Shown here piece by piece: positions 27,837 through 37,763 of a stretch of 64,000 bases of DNA. The first letter of the stretch is position 1, and each line of letters starts with the position of its first letter. The notes beneath the pieces were generated by a model. It had not been told where the DNA came from, searched no databases, and saw nothing but the letters and a program-made list of their open reading frames with translations. The stretch is taken from contig CAYNEM010000015.1 in the NCBI GenBank assembly GCA_964396265.1, positions 1,182-65,181 on the forward strand, written 5' to 3'. Position numbers and translations under genes: made by a program. The stretch is from an uncultured Methanomassiliicoccales archaeon. Its GTDB lineage: Archaea > Thermoplasmatota > Thermoplasmata > RBG-16-68-12 > EA-27.

Positions 27837-28295
27837 TCAACTCGGCGGGGCCATTACCTTGAGCCCATAGTCCTTCGCGATCGCTGCGAGCCATTCCAGG
27901 TCGGGCGGGCCTGCCGGCTTTGGCGGGAGCGTCCGCGTCTTCGCGGGGTCGCCGACCTTCCTGAAGAACGCGGCAATGTTCCCCCCGCTGTAGACGAGGA
28001 GAAGTTTCGCTGGCTGGTCCGTAGCGTTCTCGAACCACTCCGTAGTGCCCTTGGGGAAGAAGAGGACCGATCCGGCACCAGCATCCTCGGCACGGTCCGC
28101 GAAATGAAAGCGGAGCCTGCCCTCCAGGACATAAGCCACCTCATCGCAGTCATGGATGTGGGGCGGAGCGCCCAGCATAGGCCCTGGCGGTACGGTGACT
28201 TGCACCACGGTCGGCCCACCCGTCGCCCCCCCGTCGACTTTGATCTCGTACAGCTCGCCCAGAAACCATAGTGCGGTTCCTTCTGCTTTCTTCAC
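27837..28295 (-). CDS. Cupin domain protein.
   Basis: 152 aa. Cupin motif G(X)5HxH...E (PPHIHDCDEVAYVLEGRL) and a second motif (GSVLFFPKGTTEWFEN). Confidence 0.6.
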   Translation of the reverse strand: MKKAEGTALWFLGELYEIKVDGGATGGPTVVQVTVPPGPMLGAPPHIHDCDEVAYVLEGRLRFHFADRAEDAGAGSVLFFPKGTTEWFENATDQPAKLLLVYSGGNIAAFFRKVGDPAKTRTLPPKPAGPPDLEWLAAIAKDYGLKVMAPPS

Positions 28296-28462
28296 GTGTA
28301 CACTGCCCTTGGATGACGTGGTGATTCCCCCGGCGGGGAAAATGCGACGTTATATATTTCTTTGCGCACTCGCAGGACACCTGACGTTCGGCGGTGCGTC
28401 TTCCTAGACCTGCGATACGCATCCCGAAAACTACATAGCGTGTTGCCTTTTCGCTCGCTCGG

Positions 28463-29272
28463 ATGGCGGCCGCGGGACCCCGCTCTGTCGTATGCATCAA
28501 GCAGGTCCCGAAGGCCCAGGAGTTGCAGGTCGACCCCGTCACGAAGACGCTGAAGCGCGTCGGCGTCCCGAGCGAGATCAACCCGCCGGACCGTAACGCG
28601 CTCGAGATGGCCCTACAGATCAAGGACAAACATGGCGGCGAAGTTTTCGTCGTGACGATGGGTCCGCCCGTGTTCACGCAGGCGCTCGAGGAGGCGCTCG
28701 CGATGGGGTGCGACCGCGCGTGGCTCCTCACGGATCGCATCCTCGGCGGGTCGGACACTGTCCCGACGGCGCTGTCCCTGTCGGAGACGATTCACAAGAT
28801 TGGCGGCTACGATATCCTGTTCTGCGGCGAGGAGACGACGGACGCGAGCACGGGCCACGTGGGGCCGGGCATCGCCGGCCACCTCGACTGCGCGCAGATC
28901 TCGTACTGCTCGGATCTGGAGTACAAGGGCAAGACCGTCGTGGGGAAGAGGACGGTCGAGGACGGGTTCGAGTGGTGGGAGTGCCCGACGCCGTGCATGG
29001 TCACCGTGAACTTCCTCTCGAACCGCCCGAGGGCCCAGTCGCTGACGGGCAAGATCCGCGTGAAGCGGGGCGGGCTAATCACGACGTGGTCGTGCGCGGA
29101 CGTGGGCATCGACCCGAACAAGGTCGGCATCAGGAACTCCCCGACGATCGTCGCGAAGGTCGACACGGTCGAGCTTCCCGACCGGAAGGCAAAGATCTTC
29201 CGCGGTGAGACGAAGCAGGCCGTCGCGAAGCTGCTCGATGCATTGGCGGCGGACGGGGTGATTCCCCGGTGA
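28463..29272 (+). CDS. etfB: Electron transfer flavoprotein beta subunit (FixA).
   Basis: VVCIKQVPKAQELQVDPVTKTL and the rest of the sequence match EtfB. Confidence 0.9.
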   Translation: MAAAGPRSVVCIKQVPKAQELQVDPVTKTLKRVGVPSEINPPDRNALEMALQIKDKHGGEVFVVTMGPPVFTQALEEALAMGCDRAWLLTDRILGGSDTVPTALSLSETIHKIGGYDILFCGEETTDASTGHVGPGIAGHLDCAQISYCSDLEYKGKTVVGKRTVEDGFEWWECPTPCMVTVNFLSNRPRAQSLTGKIRVKRGGLITTWSCADVGIDPNKVGIRNSPTIVAKVDTVELPDRKAKIFRGETKQAVAKLLDALAADGVIPR

Positions 29273-30312
29273 CGATCCCGACGGATAAGTCGCAGCACCG
29301 AGGCGTCTGGGTCTTCCTCGAGGCGCGCCGGGGTCGGTTGCGGGACGTGAGCCGCCAACTTCTGGGCGTGGCGCGCACCCTCGCCAGGGCGCGGGACTCG
29401 GACGTCAGCGGCGTCCTGCCAAGTTGGAACGCGGAGCCGCTGGCGCGGGAGGCGATCGAATTCGGCGCGGATCGGGTGTACCTCGTGGAGGACCCGCGGC
29501 TCGAGACGTACACGTCACGACCCTTCACGAAGGTCATGGCGACCCTCATCGGGACGCACAAGCCGGAGATCGTCCTGTTCGGCGCGACGAAGAACGGCCG
29601 GGACCTCGGCGGACGGCTCCATGCGGTAATCGAGACGGGATTGGCGGCGGACTGCGTGAAGCTCGAGATCGACGAGGACGGGAACCTCGACATGATCCGC
29701 CCCTCCTTCGGCGGGAAGTCCCTCGCGCACATCCTGTGCAAACAGCACCGCCCCCAGATGGCCTCCGCGCGCCCGAACGTGTTCCCGATTCCGCAGCGGC
29801 GGCCTGGTCGGGCCGGGGAGGTCGTTCACGTGTCCGTCCCGATTACGGACGCCGACCTCGACGCGAAGGTCGTGAAGTTCGAGGAGCACCGGGGGCACAA
29901 GGGCAGCCCCATCGAGGATGCTCGGATCGTCGTGGCCGGCGGGTTCGGGCTTCGCGACCCGAAGAACTTCCGCTTGCTCGAGGAGCTCGCGAAGGAGCTC
30001 GGGGGCGCCGTGGCGGCGTCTCGCAAGGCGGTGGACGCGGGTTGGGTGCCGAAGGACTATCAGGTCGGCCAGACCGGGAGGACGGTCCGCCCGGAACTGT
30101 ACATCGCAATCGGGATCTCCGGCGCTGTGCAACATCTGGCGGGGATGCAGGAAAGCGAGAAGATCCTCGCGATTAATCAGGACAACAAGGCGCCGATGTT
30201 CGAGGTCTGCGACTACGGGATCGTGGGCGACCTGTTCCAGATCGTCCCCGAACTCGTTCGGCAGATCCGCGCCCGAAAGGCGGAAGCCGTGACGGTCCCG
30301 GCCACGTCCTGA
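29269..30312 (+). CDS. etfA: Electron transfer flavoprotein alpha subunit (FixB).
   Basis: FAD-binding C-terminal motif ELYIAIGISGAVQHLAGM. 4-nt overlap with etfB. Confidence 0.9.
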   Translation: MTIPTDKSQHRGVWVFLEARRGRLRDVSRQLLGVARTLARARDSDVSGVLPSWNAEPLAREAIEFGADRVYLVEDPRLETYTSRPFTKVMATLIGTHKPEIVLFGATKNGRDLGGRLHAVIETGLAADCVKLEIDEDGNLDMIRPSFGGKSLAHILCKQHRPQMASARPNVFPIPQRRPGRAGEVVHVSVPITDADLDAKVVKFEEHRGHKGSPIEDARIVVAGGFGLRDPKNFRLLEELAKELGGAVAASRKAVDAGWVPKDYQVGQTGRTVRPELYIAIGISGAVQHLAGMQESEKILAINQDNKAPMFEVCDYGIVGDLFQIVPELVRQIRARKAEAVTVPATS

Positions 30313-30381
30313 TCGACCTTCCTGGGCACGCCCGCGCTAGTTCTAAGGCCACGATGGCGATGTGGGGGGCGGGATGCGACG

Positions 30382-30900
30382 ATGATGTCGGGACGCCAAA
30401 GCCCGGACCCCTCGATGGTCCACGTGTGGGCCCTCTACGCCCTCGGGATGCAAGGCGTCCTATGGATCTGGGGCGCCGTCCTCGTCGCGCTCCTGATCGT
30501 ATCCTGGAACGCGATCGTCGCGGTCAGCCTGCTCCTCGTTTCCCTCGTGATCGGAGCCTCGACGTCGTACGCGTGGGCGTTCCTCTACCACCGCTTCTAC
30601 CTCTGGGAATTCACCGACGAGCAAATGCACGTGTGGAGGGGCATCCTCTTCCGTCGTCGCCTCACAGTCCCGTACATGCGCGTCCAGAACGCCACGGTCG
30701 TCCGCGGCCCCTTCCTCATGTTGTTCGGCCTGTCGAACGTCGCAATCGAGACCGCCGCTGCGGGTGCGCATCCCTACCCGGTGTCGACCGGATTCTCCCC
30801 CGGGTCGGGGGCGTATCTCCCGGGCGTTCGGGATGGGGAGCAGGTGGCCGACGCGATCATCGAGGCGGCGAAGCGCTCACGGGTCCGGGAGGGACTGTAG
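30382..30900 (+). CDS. Membrane-flanked bacterial PH-domain protein (YdbS/DUF304-like).
   Basis: Two N-terminal TM helices followed by a PH-like segment (YHRFYLWEFTDEQMHVWRGILFRRRLTVPYMRVQNATV). Confidence 0.55.
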   Translation: MMSGRQSPDPSMVHVWALYALGMQGVLWIWGAVLVALLIVSWNAIVAVSLLLVSLVIGASTSYAWAFLYHRFYLWEFTDEQMHVWRGILFRRRLTVPYMRVQNATVVRGPFLMLFGLSNVAIETAAAGAHPYPVSTGFSPGSGAYLPGVRDGEQVADAIIEAAKRSRVREGL

Positions 30901-31543
30901 CCGCGAGGGCGTCGGGGGTCGCCCACCGGACGGACCGCGAGAAGACGTCGCGGAACCCTCGGACGACCGCGTCCCGGAAGTCGTCCATCGAAACCTCGCG
31001 GCCGAGCTCGCGCTGCATCGACGTCATGATCGAAGCGTCGAAGCCGCAGGGCCGGATCTTCGCGAAGAACGCGAGGTCCGTGTTCACGTTGTGCGCGAAC
31101 CCGTGGTATGTCACGTTCCGGTGGATCGCGACGCCGATGGACCCGAGCTTGCGACCCTCGACCCAGACGCCGCTCTGGCGGCGGTCCCGGTCCGCGGGCA
31201 CGGCGAACTCGCGCGACGCCCGGATGAGGACCTCCTCGAGATCGTGCACGTACCGCCGCACGTCGAGGCGGTCCGCGAGCTTCAGGATCGGATAGCCGAC
31301 GAGCTGTCCGGGTCCGTGGTACGTGGCCTCGCCGCCCCGCTCAACCTCGACGACGGGTAGGGAGGGGTCGAGCACGTCGTCCATCGTCCCCCGCCGGCCG
31401 AGGGTCACCACGTGCGGGTGCTCGAGGAGGAGGAGGACGTCTGGAAGATCCTCGGCGGCGCGTCGCTCGACGAGCCGCTTCTGGAGATCCCAAGCGCGGC
31501 GGTATTCGACCACGCCCAGGTCGACGGCGAGGGTCTCGTTCAT
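30857..31543 (-). CDS. lipB: Lipoyl(octanoyl) transferase.
   Basis: LipB motifs RGGEATYHGPGQLVGYP and the catalytic region KIRPCGFD. Confidence 0.85.
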   Translation of the reverse strand: MNETLAVDLGVVEYRRAWDLQKRLVERRAAEDLPDVLLLLEHPHVVTLGRRGTMDDVLDPSLPVVEVERGGEATYHGPGQLVGYPILKLADRLDVRRYVHDLEEVLIRASREFAVPADRDRRQSGVWVEGRKLGSIGVAIHRNVTYHGFAHNVNTDLAFFAKIRPCGFDASIMTSMQRELGREVSMDDFRDAVVRGFRDVFSRSVRWATPDALAATVPPGPVSASPPR

Positions 31544-32961
31544 TTGCGGTTCACGACGTGGATGGCCCTCCCGAGCGCGGCCTCGGCGGCCTCCATGATC
31601 GCCTCGGACAGCGTCGGGTGCGGGTGGATCGTGAGCGCGACGTCGTGCGCGGTCGCCCCCATCTCGATCGCGAGCGCCATCTCGCTGATCAGGTCGCTCG
31701 CGTCCGGGCCGACGATCTGTACCCCGAGGATCTGCTCGGACCTCGCGTCCATGACGACCTTGACGAACCCCTCGCTCTCGCCCGCCGCCAAGGCGCGGCC
31801 CAACGCCGCGAACGGGACCTTGCCCACGCGGACGTCGTGACCGTGCGCGACCCCCTGCGCCTCGTCCATGCCCACCGTGGCGACCTCCGGGTCCGTGAAG
31901 ATCGCGAGGGGCAAGGCCTTCCAGTCTGCGGCGGCGGACTGCCCCGCGGCAACCTCCGCCGCCACGAGTCCCTCCTTGGACGCCTTGTGCGCGAGGAAAG
32001 GCTTCCCCGTGACGTCGCCGATCGCGAAGATGTGCTGCACGTTCGTCCGCATCTGACGGTCCACGAGGAGGAAGCCCTGCTCCGTGTGGACGCCGACAGC
32101 TTCGAGGTTGAGGCCCGCCGTGTTCGGCTTCCTCCCGATTGTCACGAGGACCTTGTCAGCGTCGATCGCGAGCGTCTTCCCGGGGGTCTCCGCGGAGACG
32201 ACGATCCGGTCGCCCTTCGAGGTCCAATCGACGGCCTTCGAGCGCACATGGGCCTCGATGCCGAGGCGCTTCAGGTTGCGCGCGACGATGCGTACGACGT
32301 CAGGGTCCGTGCCGGGGAGGAGCTGCTCGAGCATCTCGATCACGGTCACGCGGGAGCCCAGCTTCGCGAAGTACGTGCCGATCTCGAGGCCGCTGACGCC
32401 GCCGCCGATGACGACGAGGTCGCGCGGCGCCGCCGCGAGTTCGAGCGCCTCCTTGGTGCTGAGGATCCTCTCGCGGTCGAAGCGGAACGCCGGGAGGTCC
32501 ATCGGGACCGAGCCGGTCGCCACTATGACCTTCGTCGCCTCGATCTCCTCCTCTGAGACGGAGCCATCGGCAGCGCGGGCCCCCTCCACGCGCACGCGGT
32601 GGGGGTCGAGGAACGACGCCGTGCCGTACAGGATGTCCACGCCGTTCGCCTTGCAAAGCTGCTCGATCCCCCGGTTGAGCCGGTCGATCACGGACACTCG
32701 ATACTGCTGGAGTTTCTTCATATTCACGTGGAGCCCGGTGACCTCCACGCCCATCTCGCCCGCATGGCGGAGCCGGTGCACGAGGTTCGCGGTGAAGATG
32801 AGGGTCTTCGAGGGGATGCACCCGTAGTTGAGACACTCGCCGCCAAGTCGGCCGTCCTTGTCCACGAGGAGTGTCTTCAGCCCGAGCTGCGACGCCCGGA
32901 TCGCGGCGACGTAGCCCCCGGGCCCGGCACCGATGACGAGGAGGTCGACCTGGCGGGCCAT
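31540..32961 (-). CDS. lpdA: Dihydrolipoyl dehydrogenase (E3).
   Basis: GAGPGGYVAAIRASQLG FAD fold, redox-active disulfide GGECLNYGCIPSK, and the C-terminal HPTLSE interface motif. Confidence 0.93.
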   Translation of the reverse strand: MARQVDLLVIGAGPGGYVAAIRASQLGLKTLLVDKDGRLGGECLNYGCIPSKTLIFTANLVHRLRHAGEMGVEVTGLHVNMKKLQQYRVSVIDRLNRGIEQLCKANGVDILYGTASFLDPHRVRVEGARAADGSVSEEEIEATKVIVATGSVPMDLPAFRFDRERILSTKEALELAAAPRDLVVIGGGVSGLEIGTYFAKLGSRVTVIEMLEQLLPGTDPDVVRIVARNLKRLGIEAHVRSKAVDWTSKGDRIVVSAETPGKTLAIDADKVLVTIGRKPNTAGLNLEAVGVHTEQGFLLVDRQMRTNVQHIFAIGDVTGKPFLAHKASKEGLVAAEVAAGQSAAADWKALPLAIFTDPEVATVGMDEAQGVAHGHDVRVGKVPFAALGRALAAGESEGFVKVVMDARSEQILGVQIVGPDASDLISEMALAIEMGATAHDVALTIHPHPTLSEAIMEAAEAALGRAIHVVNRK

Positions 32962-33014
32962 CGGGCGAGGATGAGGGCGATGGACTTAAACCATCGCGCT
33001 TCCCGGTTCCGTGG

Positions 33015-33272
33015 CTATTCCCCGTGGGGAATAGCGTCGCGCTTCGGTCTCTCCGGCCGGAGTGCACTCCACGCAGCGTATAGCCCACCGAACCCGACCG
33101 CGAGGATGAGGGATATGCTCACGGTATAGTTCGTGACGGGGCCCATGGCGTCCGGGAGCACGACGTTCGCAAACCAAAGGCTCAGAGTTGACGCCGCGTA
33201 GAACGCGAGGAACAGCCATACGAAACTGCGGAGCGCAGATGACAGAGAGCTGCGGTCTTCGGGATCCATCAA
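33015..33272 (-). CDS. Small two-TM membrane protein (hypothetical) within the dehydrogenase operon.
   Basis: 85 aa with two hydrophobic helices. Sits between E3 and E2 on the same strand. Confidence 0.3.
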   Translation of the reverse strand: MMDPEDRSSLSSALRSFVWLFLAFYAASTLSLWFANVVLPDAMGPVTNYTVSISLILAVGFGGLYAAWSALRPERPKRDAIPHGE

Positions 33273-33318
33273 GGACCTCGTCCATCATCGAGTGGAGAGG
33301 CCTTGAAGGTTCCGGCGC

Positions 33319-34587
33319 TCACGCCGCGACGAAAAGGAGTGCGGGGTGTTCGACATACTCCTTCATCGATTCAACGAATGCCGCCCCGACGTGCCCGTCG
33401 ATCACGCGATGGTCGAACGAGCACGTGAGGTACATCATCTCCCGGATGACCACCTGGTCCCCGTGGACGACGGGACGCTTCTCGATTCGATGTATGCCGA
33501 GGATCGCGACCTCGGGCCAGTTGATGATCGGCGTCGCCATGATGCCGCCGAGCGCGCCGAGGCTCGTGATGGAGAACGTGCCGCCCTGGACGTCGCGCGG
33601 CGTGAGCTTGTTCGTCCGAGCGGCGTCCGCGAGCCGCTCGACCTCCTTCGCCAGCGCGTACAGGTCCTTCTGGTCCGCATCGTGGACGACGGGCACGATG
33701 AGGCCTGCGTCTGTCGCAGTCGCGATCCCGATGTTGTAGTATCTCTTCAGAACGATCTCGCCCTTCTCCTCGTCGAACGTCGCGTTCAGGGAGGGATGGT
33801 CCTTGAGCGCCGCCACGGTCGCGCGGATGATGAACGGGAGGTATGTGAGCTTCGCACCCTTCTTCTCTGCCTTCGCCTTCAGCTTCTCCCGCAGGTGGAC
33901 GAGGGAGGTCATGTCCACCTCCTCCACGAACGTGAAGTGCGCGGCGGTGTTCTTCGACTTCTGCATCTTCTCCGCGATCCTGCGACGGATGCCGTGGACC
34001 GGGATGCGGTCCTCGAGGTCTGCGGAAACGGACGGCTTGGGCGGCGGCTCCGCGTGCCGAGGCGCCGGCTCGGGTGCCTTGCTCTCCGGCTCTGGCGCGG
34101 GTTTGACGACGGCCGCCGCCAACGATTGCACGACGCTACTACGGACGTCCTCCTCAGTGATCCGGCCCCGCGGCCCCGTGCCGCGGACCGCCGCCAAATC
34201 CATGCCGAGCTCGCGCGCGAGCCTCCGGACCGAGGGCGTCGCGAGCACCTCACCTGCGGCGGCCGTGGTCGCCGCGAGCGACGGTGCGGGGGGAGCCTTC
34301 GGGCTTTCAGGAATCGAGGCCGGTTCGGCGGGAGTCGCAACGGTCTCGCCCTCCTCGCCGACGACGATGATCGGATTCCCGACGAGGACCACATCGCCCT
34401 CCTTCGCGAGGAGCTTGAGGACCTTCCCGGTGAACGGGGATGGAAGCTGGACCGTGACCTTGTCCGTCATGACCTCGACGAACAGCTGTTCCTCCCTGAT
34501 CGCGTCGCCCTCCTTGACGAGCCACTTCGTGATCTCGCCCTCGTGGACGCCCTCGCCGATGTCGGGCAACTTGAATTCCTTCGACAT
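33319..34587 (-). CDS. pdhC: Dihydrolipoamide acyltransferase (E2) with a lipoyl domain, a peripheral subunit-binding domain and a catalytic domain.
   Basis: Start chosen at MSKEFKLPDIGEG (lipoyl attachment motif VEVMTDKVTVQLPSP). PSBD ATPSVRRLARELGMDL. Catalytic DHRVIDG. Confidence 0.9.
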   Translation of the reverse strand: MSKEFKLPDIGEGVHEGEITKWLVKEGDAIREEQLFVEVMTDKVTVQLPSPFTGKVLKLLAKEGDVVLVGNPIIVVGEEGETVATPAEPASIPESPKAPPAPSLAATTAAAGEVLATPSVRRLARELGMDLAAVRGTGPRGRITEEDVRSSVVQSLAAAVVKPAPEPESKAPEPAPRHAEPPPKPSVSADLEDRIPVHGIRRRIAEKMQKSKNTAAHFTFVEEVDMTSLVHLREKLKAKAEKKGAKLTYLPFIIRATVAALKDHPSLNATFDEEKGEIVLKRYYNIGIATATDAGLIVPVVHDADQKDLYALAKEVERLADAARTNKLTPRDVQGGTFSITSLGALGGIMATPIINWPEVAILGIHRIEKRPVVHGDQVVIREMMYLTCSFDHRVIDGHVGAAFVESMKEYVEHPALLFVAA

Positions 34588-34598
34588 GCAAGACCCCC

Positions 34599-35570
34599 TC
34601 AGAATGCCATGACCTTCTGGATCCCCGCGAGCACGCGGTCGGCGCTCGGCATGTACACGTCCTCGAGCGTGTAGGGGAATGGCGTGTCGAACCCCGCCAC
34701 GCGCACGATCGGCCCCCGCAGGTGCTCGATCGCCCGCTCCGCGAGCAGTGCGCTGATCTCCGCACCGTAGCCGCCGGTCTTCGGGGCCTCGTACACGATG
34801 ACTGCGCGGCCCGTCTTCTTCACGCTTCCGAGAACCCCTTCGATGTCGAGGGGTACGAGGGTGCGGAGGTCGATGACCTCGCACTCCCATCCCTTCTCCG
34901 CCGCCCGCTTCGCGGCATCGAGGCAGACGTGGGTCATGTAGCCCCAAGCGATCAGGGAGACGTCCTTGCCTTCACGGCGTACCGAGGCCTCCCCGAGCGG
35001 GACCGTGAAGTCCCCCTCCGGGACCTCCTCGCGGAACGCGCGATAGATCTTCTTCGGCTCGAGGAACAAAACGGGGTCCGGATCGCGGATCGAGCTGAGG
35101 AGCAGGCCCTTCGTGTCGAGGGGCGTGCTCGGCACGACGACCTTGAGGCCGGGCGTGTGGCAGAAGTACGCCTCGCTCGACTGGCTGTGGTAGTGGCCAC
35201 CCTTGATGCCGCCGCCGTACGGGGTCCGGATGACCATCGGGACGGAGTACTGACCGCCCGAGCGATAGCGCATCTTCGCAGCCTCGCTCACGATCTGGTC
35301 GAACGCGGGATAGATGAAGTCCAGGAACTGGATCTCGGGCACCGGTCGCAGGCCGTAGAGGGCCATGCCAATCGCCGTCCCGATGATGCCTGCTTCCGCG
35401 AGGGGCGTGTCGAACACGCGGTCCGGGAACTCGTCGATGAGGCCCTCCGTGCATCGGAAGACGCCGCCGTTCCGGCCGATGTCCTCGCCCAAGAGCACGA
35501 CGCGGTCATCGCGGCGCATCTCCTCACGGAGGGCGTTGTTTACCGCCTGCACGATGTTCATCGCGGGCAT
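34599..35570 (-). CDS. pdhB: 2-oxoacid dehydrogenase E1 beta subunit.
   Basis: Transketolase-like E1beta sequence (VVLLGEDIG, FRCTEGL...FGIDRVFDTPLAE). Start chosen at MPAMNIVQAV. Confidence 0.9.
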   Translation of the reverse strand: MPAMNIVQAVNNALREEMRRDDRVVLLGEDIGRNGGVFRCTEGLIDEFPDRVFDTPLAEAGIIGTAIGMALYGLRPVPEIQFLDFIYPAFDQIVSEAAKMRYRSGGQYSVPMVIRTPYGGGIKGGHYHSQSSEAYFCHTPGLKVVVPSTPLDTKGLLLSSIRDPDPVLFLEPKKIYRAFREEVPEGDFTVPLGEASVRREGKDVSLIAWGYMTHVCLDAAKRAAEKGWECEVIDLRTLVPLDIEGVLGSVKKTGRAVIVYEAPKTGGYGAEISALLAERAIEHLRGPIVRVAGFDTPFPYTLEDVYMPSADRVLAGIQKVMAF

Positions 35571-35616
35571 GGGGTCCACCTCGCGATTCCACGAGTCCCC
35601 ATAAGCGTTGCGAGCG

Positions 35617-36696
35617 TCATGGCGCGCCTCCTCGAAGCGTCCGGAGGTCATCGAGCTGTTCCCGGAGGTGCCACGGCATCTCCGCGTACACGTCCGTGAA
35701 CAGCGCGTCGATCGGCGGCGGAGGCGATCGTTCGACGGCGTGGACGGCCTCCGTGATCGCGTCGTCGAGCTCCAGGTGGAGGCCCCTGTCCGCGTCCGTG
35801 TCCCAGATATCGCGCGCGACGAGGTGGTTGCGCAGGACGTCGATCGGGTCGCGCCGCCGCCACGGCTCGACCTCCTTCTCGTCGCGGTACCGCGTGGGGT
35901 CGTCCGACGATGAATGGGGGCCGAGCCGATACGTGAGCGCCTCGACGAGCGTGGGCCCGTCCCCCGCCCGCGCCTTCCGCTGCGCGTCCCGGACCGCTGC
36001 GACCACCGCCAACGCGTCCATGCCGTCCACGCGGACGCCTTCGAACCCGTAGGCGACCGCCTTCTCCGCGAGCGTCTGCGTGGCGGTCTGGCGGCGCACG
36101 GGGAGGCTGATCGCCCACTGGTTGTTGTTGCACAGGAAGACGACGGGTGCTTTGAACACGCCGGCGAAGTTCATCCCGGCGTGGAAATCAGCGGTGCTCG
36201 TGCCCCCGTCGCCGAAGTAGACGAGGCATGCGATCGGGTCCTTGCGGATCTTGGCGGCCCAGGCGACGCCCACCGCGTGCGGGATCTGCGTGCCCACGGT
36301 GGACGCGATGGACATGAAGTTCCCCTGGCGGTAGGAGTAGTGGCAGGGCATCTGGCGGCCGCGGATCGGGTCCATGTCGTTCCCGAAGAGCTGCGCGACG
36401 AGCTGCGCGAGAGGCATCCCGCGGAGGAGGGCCGCGCCCGGCTCCCGGTACTGGGGGACGATCCAGTCCTGGGGCTCCATGGCGAACGCGGCGCCGACGA
36501 TCGCCGCCTCCTGTCCGACGCTGGGACCGTAGAATCCGATGCGACCCTGGCGCTGCAGGCTCAACATCCGGCCGTCGAGCACGCGCTCGAGGAGCATGTA
36601 TCGATACAGGCTGAGGATCGCATCCTTCGAGAGCTTCGGGTCCGTCGCGGGGTCCGCGTGCCCGTCGTCCGTGAGGACCCTCAGCATGTCGCCCAA
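35617..36696 (-). CDS. pdhA: 2-oxoacid dehydrogenase E1 alpha subunit.
   Basis: TPP motif YFGDGGTSTADFHAGMNFAGV...CNNNQWAIS. First gene of the pdhABC-lpd-lipB operon. Confidence 0.9.
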   Translation of the reverse strand: MGDMLRVLTDDGHADPATDPKLSKDAILSLYRYMLLERVLDGRMLSLQRQGRIGFYGPSVGQEAAIVGAAFAMEPQDWIVPQYREPGAALLRGMPLAQLVAQLFGNDMDPIRGRQMPCHYSYRQGNFMSIASTVGTQIPHAVGVAWAAKIRKDPIACLVYFGDGGTSTADFHAGMNFAGVFKAPVVFLCNNNQWAISLPVRRQTATQTLAEKAVAYGFEGVRVDGMDALAVVAAVRDAQRKARAGDGPTLVEALTYRLGPHSSSDDPTRYRDEKEVEPWRRRDPIDVLRNHLVARDIWDTDADRGLHLELDDAITEAVHAVERSPPPPIDALFTDVYAEMPWHLREQLDDLRTLRGGAP

Positions 36697-36826
36697 CGAC
36701 GCGTCTCCCGTGCCGACGGCGTCGGAAGGGGGGCGCGGACATTAAGGTTGCGGGCGAGCGTCTGTCCGTCTTATCCCGAAATCACTTCCTCCATAGGAGG
36801 GGACGCTGGCGCTGACCCCAACGCAT

Positions 36827-37750
36827 TTGTGGCGGTCCTCCTTGCCGCGACCGATGGGCGCACTCCGGGGCTACGCCGCCATCCTCACCGCCTCCGCGGC
36901 ATTCGGGGCTTCGGCGACCCTGGGGACGCTCCTCCTGACCGGCTCCGGCGCCGTCGACCCCCTGACGGCCCTCGTCTTGTCTCACGGCCTGTCCGCGCTT
37001 GTCTTCCTGCCCTTCGCGCTCAAGGTCAGGATTCGCAGAGAGGACGCGCGCTTCGTCCTGCTGTGGGGGGTGAACGGGGCTGCGATCGCCCCGGCCCTCT
37101 GGTTCTTCGGCCTTGCACAATCGGATGCGATCAACGCGGCCCTCCTCGCGAACATGGAGGCAGTATGGACGATTGCGTTCGCCTATGTGTTCCTCAAAGA
37201 ACGTGTACCGCATCGCGGGTATCTCGGGATCGCCGTGCTGCTCGTGGGCGCGCTTGCGATCACGACGAACTTCGACTTCGGCAGCGTCCAGTTCCGTCAG
37301 TACCTTTTCGGCAACGTCCTCCTGATCCTGTCCTCCCTCTGCTTCGGCATCGACAACAACATGTCCCGCCTCCTCGTCATGAAGTACGACCGGCGCGCGA
37401 TCCCGTTCTACAAGATCCTCATCGGCCTGGCCATCCTCGCGCCGATCTCCCTTCTCTTCAGAAGCTCGTACGCCTTCGACGTGGAGCACCTCTTCCTTGC
37501 GGCGGCCCTCGGCCTCGTCGGCGTCGCCGGCGTGATCTGGTTCTTCTACATCGCGTTCCAGGAAATCGGGGCGATGCGTGCCGGCGCGATCATCTCGACG
37601 AGCGCGCTGTTCGGCGTCGCGATCGCGTTCGCGGTCTTCGACACGCCGCCGACGGCCGTGCAGTTTGGCGGCGGCTTGCTCATGGTCGCGGGAACGTTCC
37701 TGACCTCGGAATGGAAGCCGAACCTGCGGCGGAAGGTCGGGTCAGAGTGA
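36827..37750 (+). CDS. EamA-family (DMT superfamily) transporter.
   Basis: 307 aa, about 10 TM helices with duplicated EamA halves. Divergent from pdhA. Confidence 0.8.
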   Translation: MWRSSLPRPMGALRGYAAILTASAAFGASATLGTLLLTGSGAVDPLTALVLSHGLSALVFLPFALKVRIRREDARFVLLWGVNGAAIAPALWFFGLAQSDAINAALLANMEAVWTIAFAYVFLKERVPHRGYLGIAVLLVGALAITTNFDFGSVQFRQYLFGNVLLILSSLCFGIDNNMSRLLVMKYDRRAIPFYKILIGLAILAPISLLFRSSYAFDVEHLFLAAALGLVGVAGVIWFFYIAFQEIGAMRAGAIISTSALFGVAIAFAVFDTPPTAVQFGGGLLMVAGTFLTSEWKPNLRRKVGSE

Positions 37751-37763
37751 CGGCGGAGACCCT

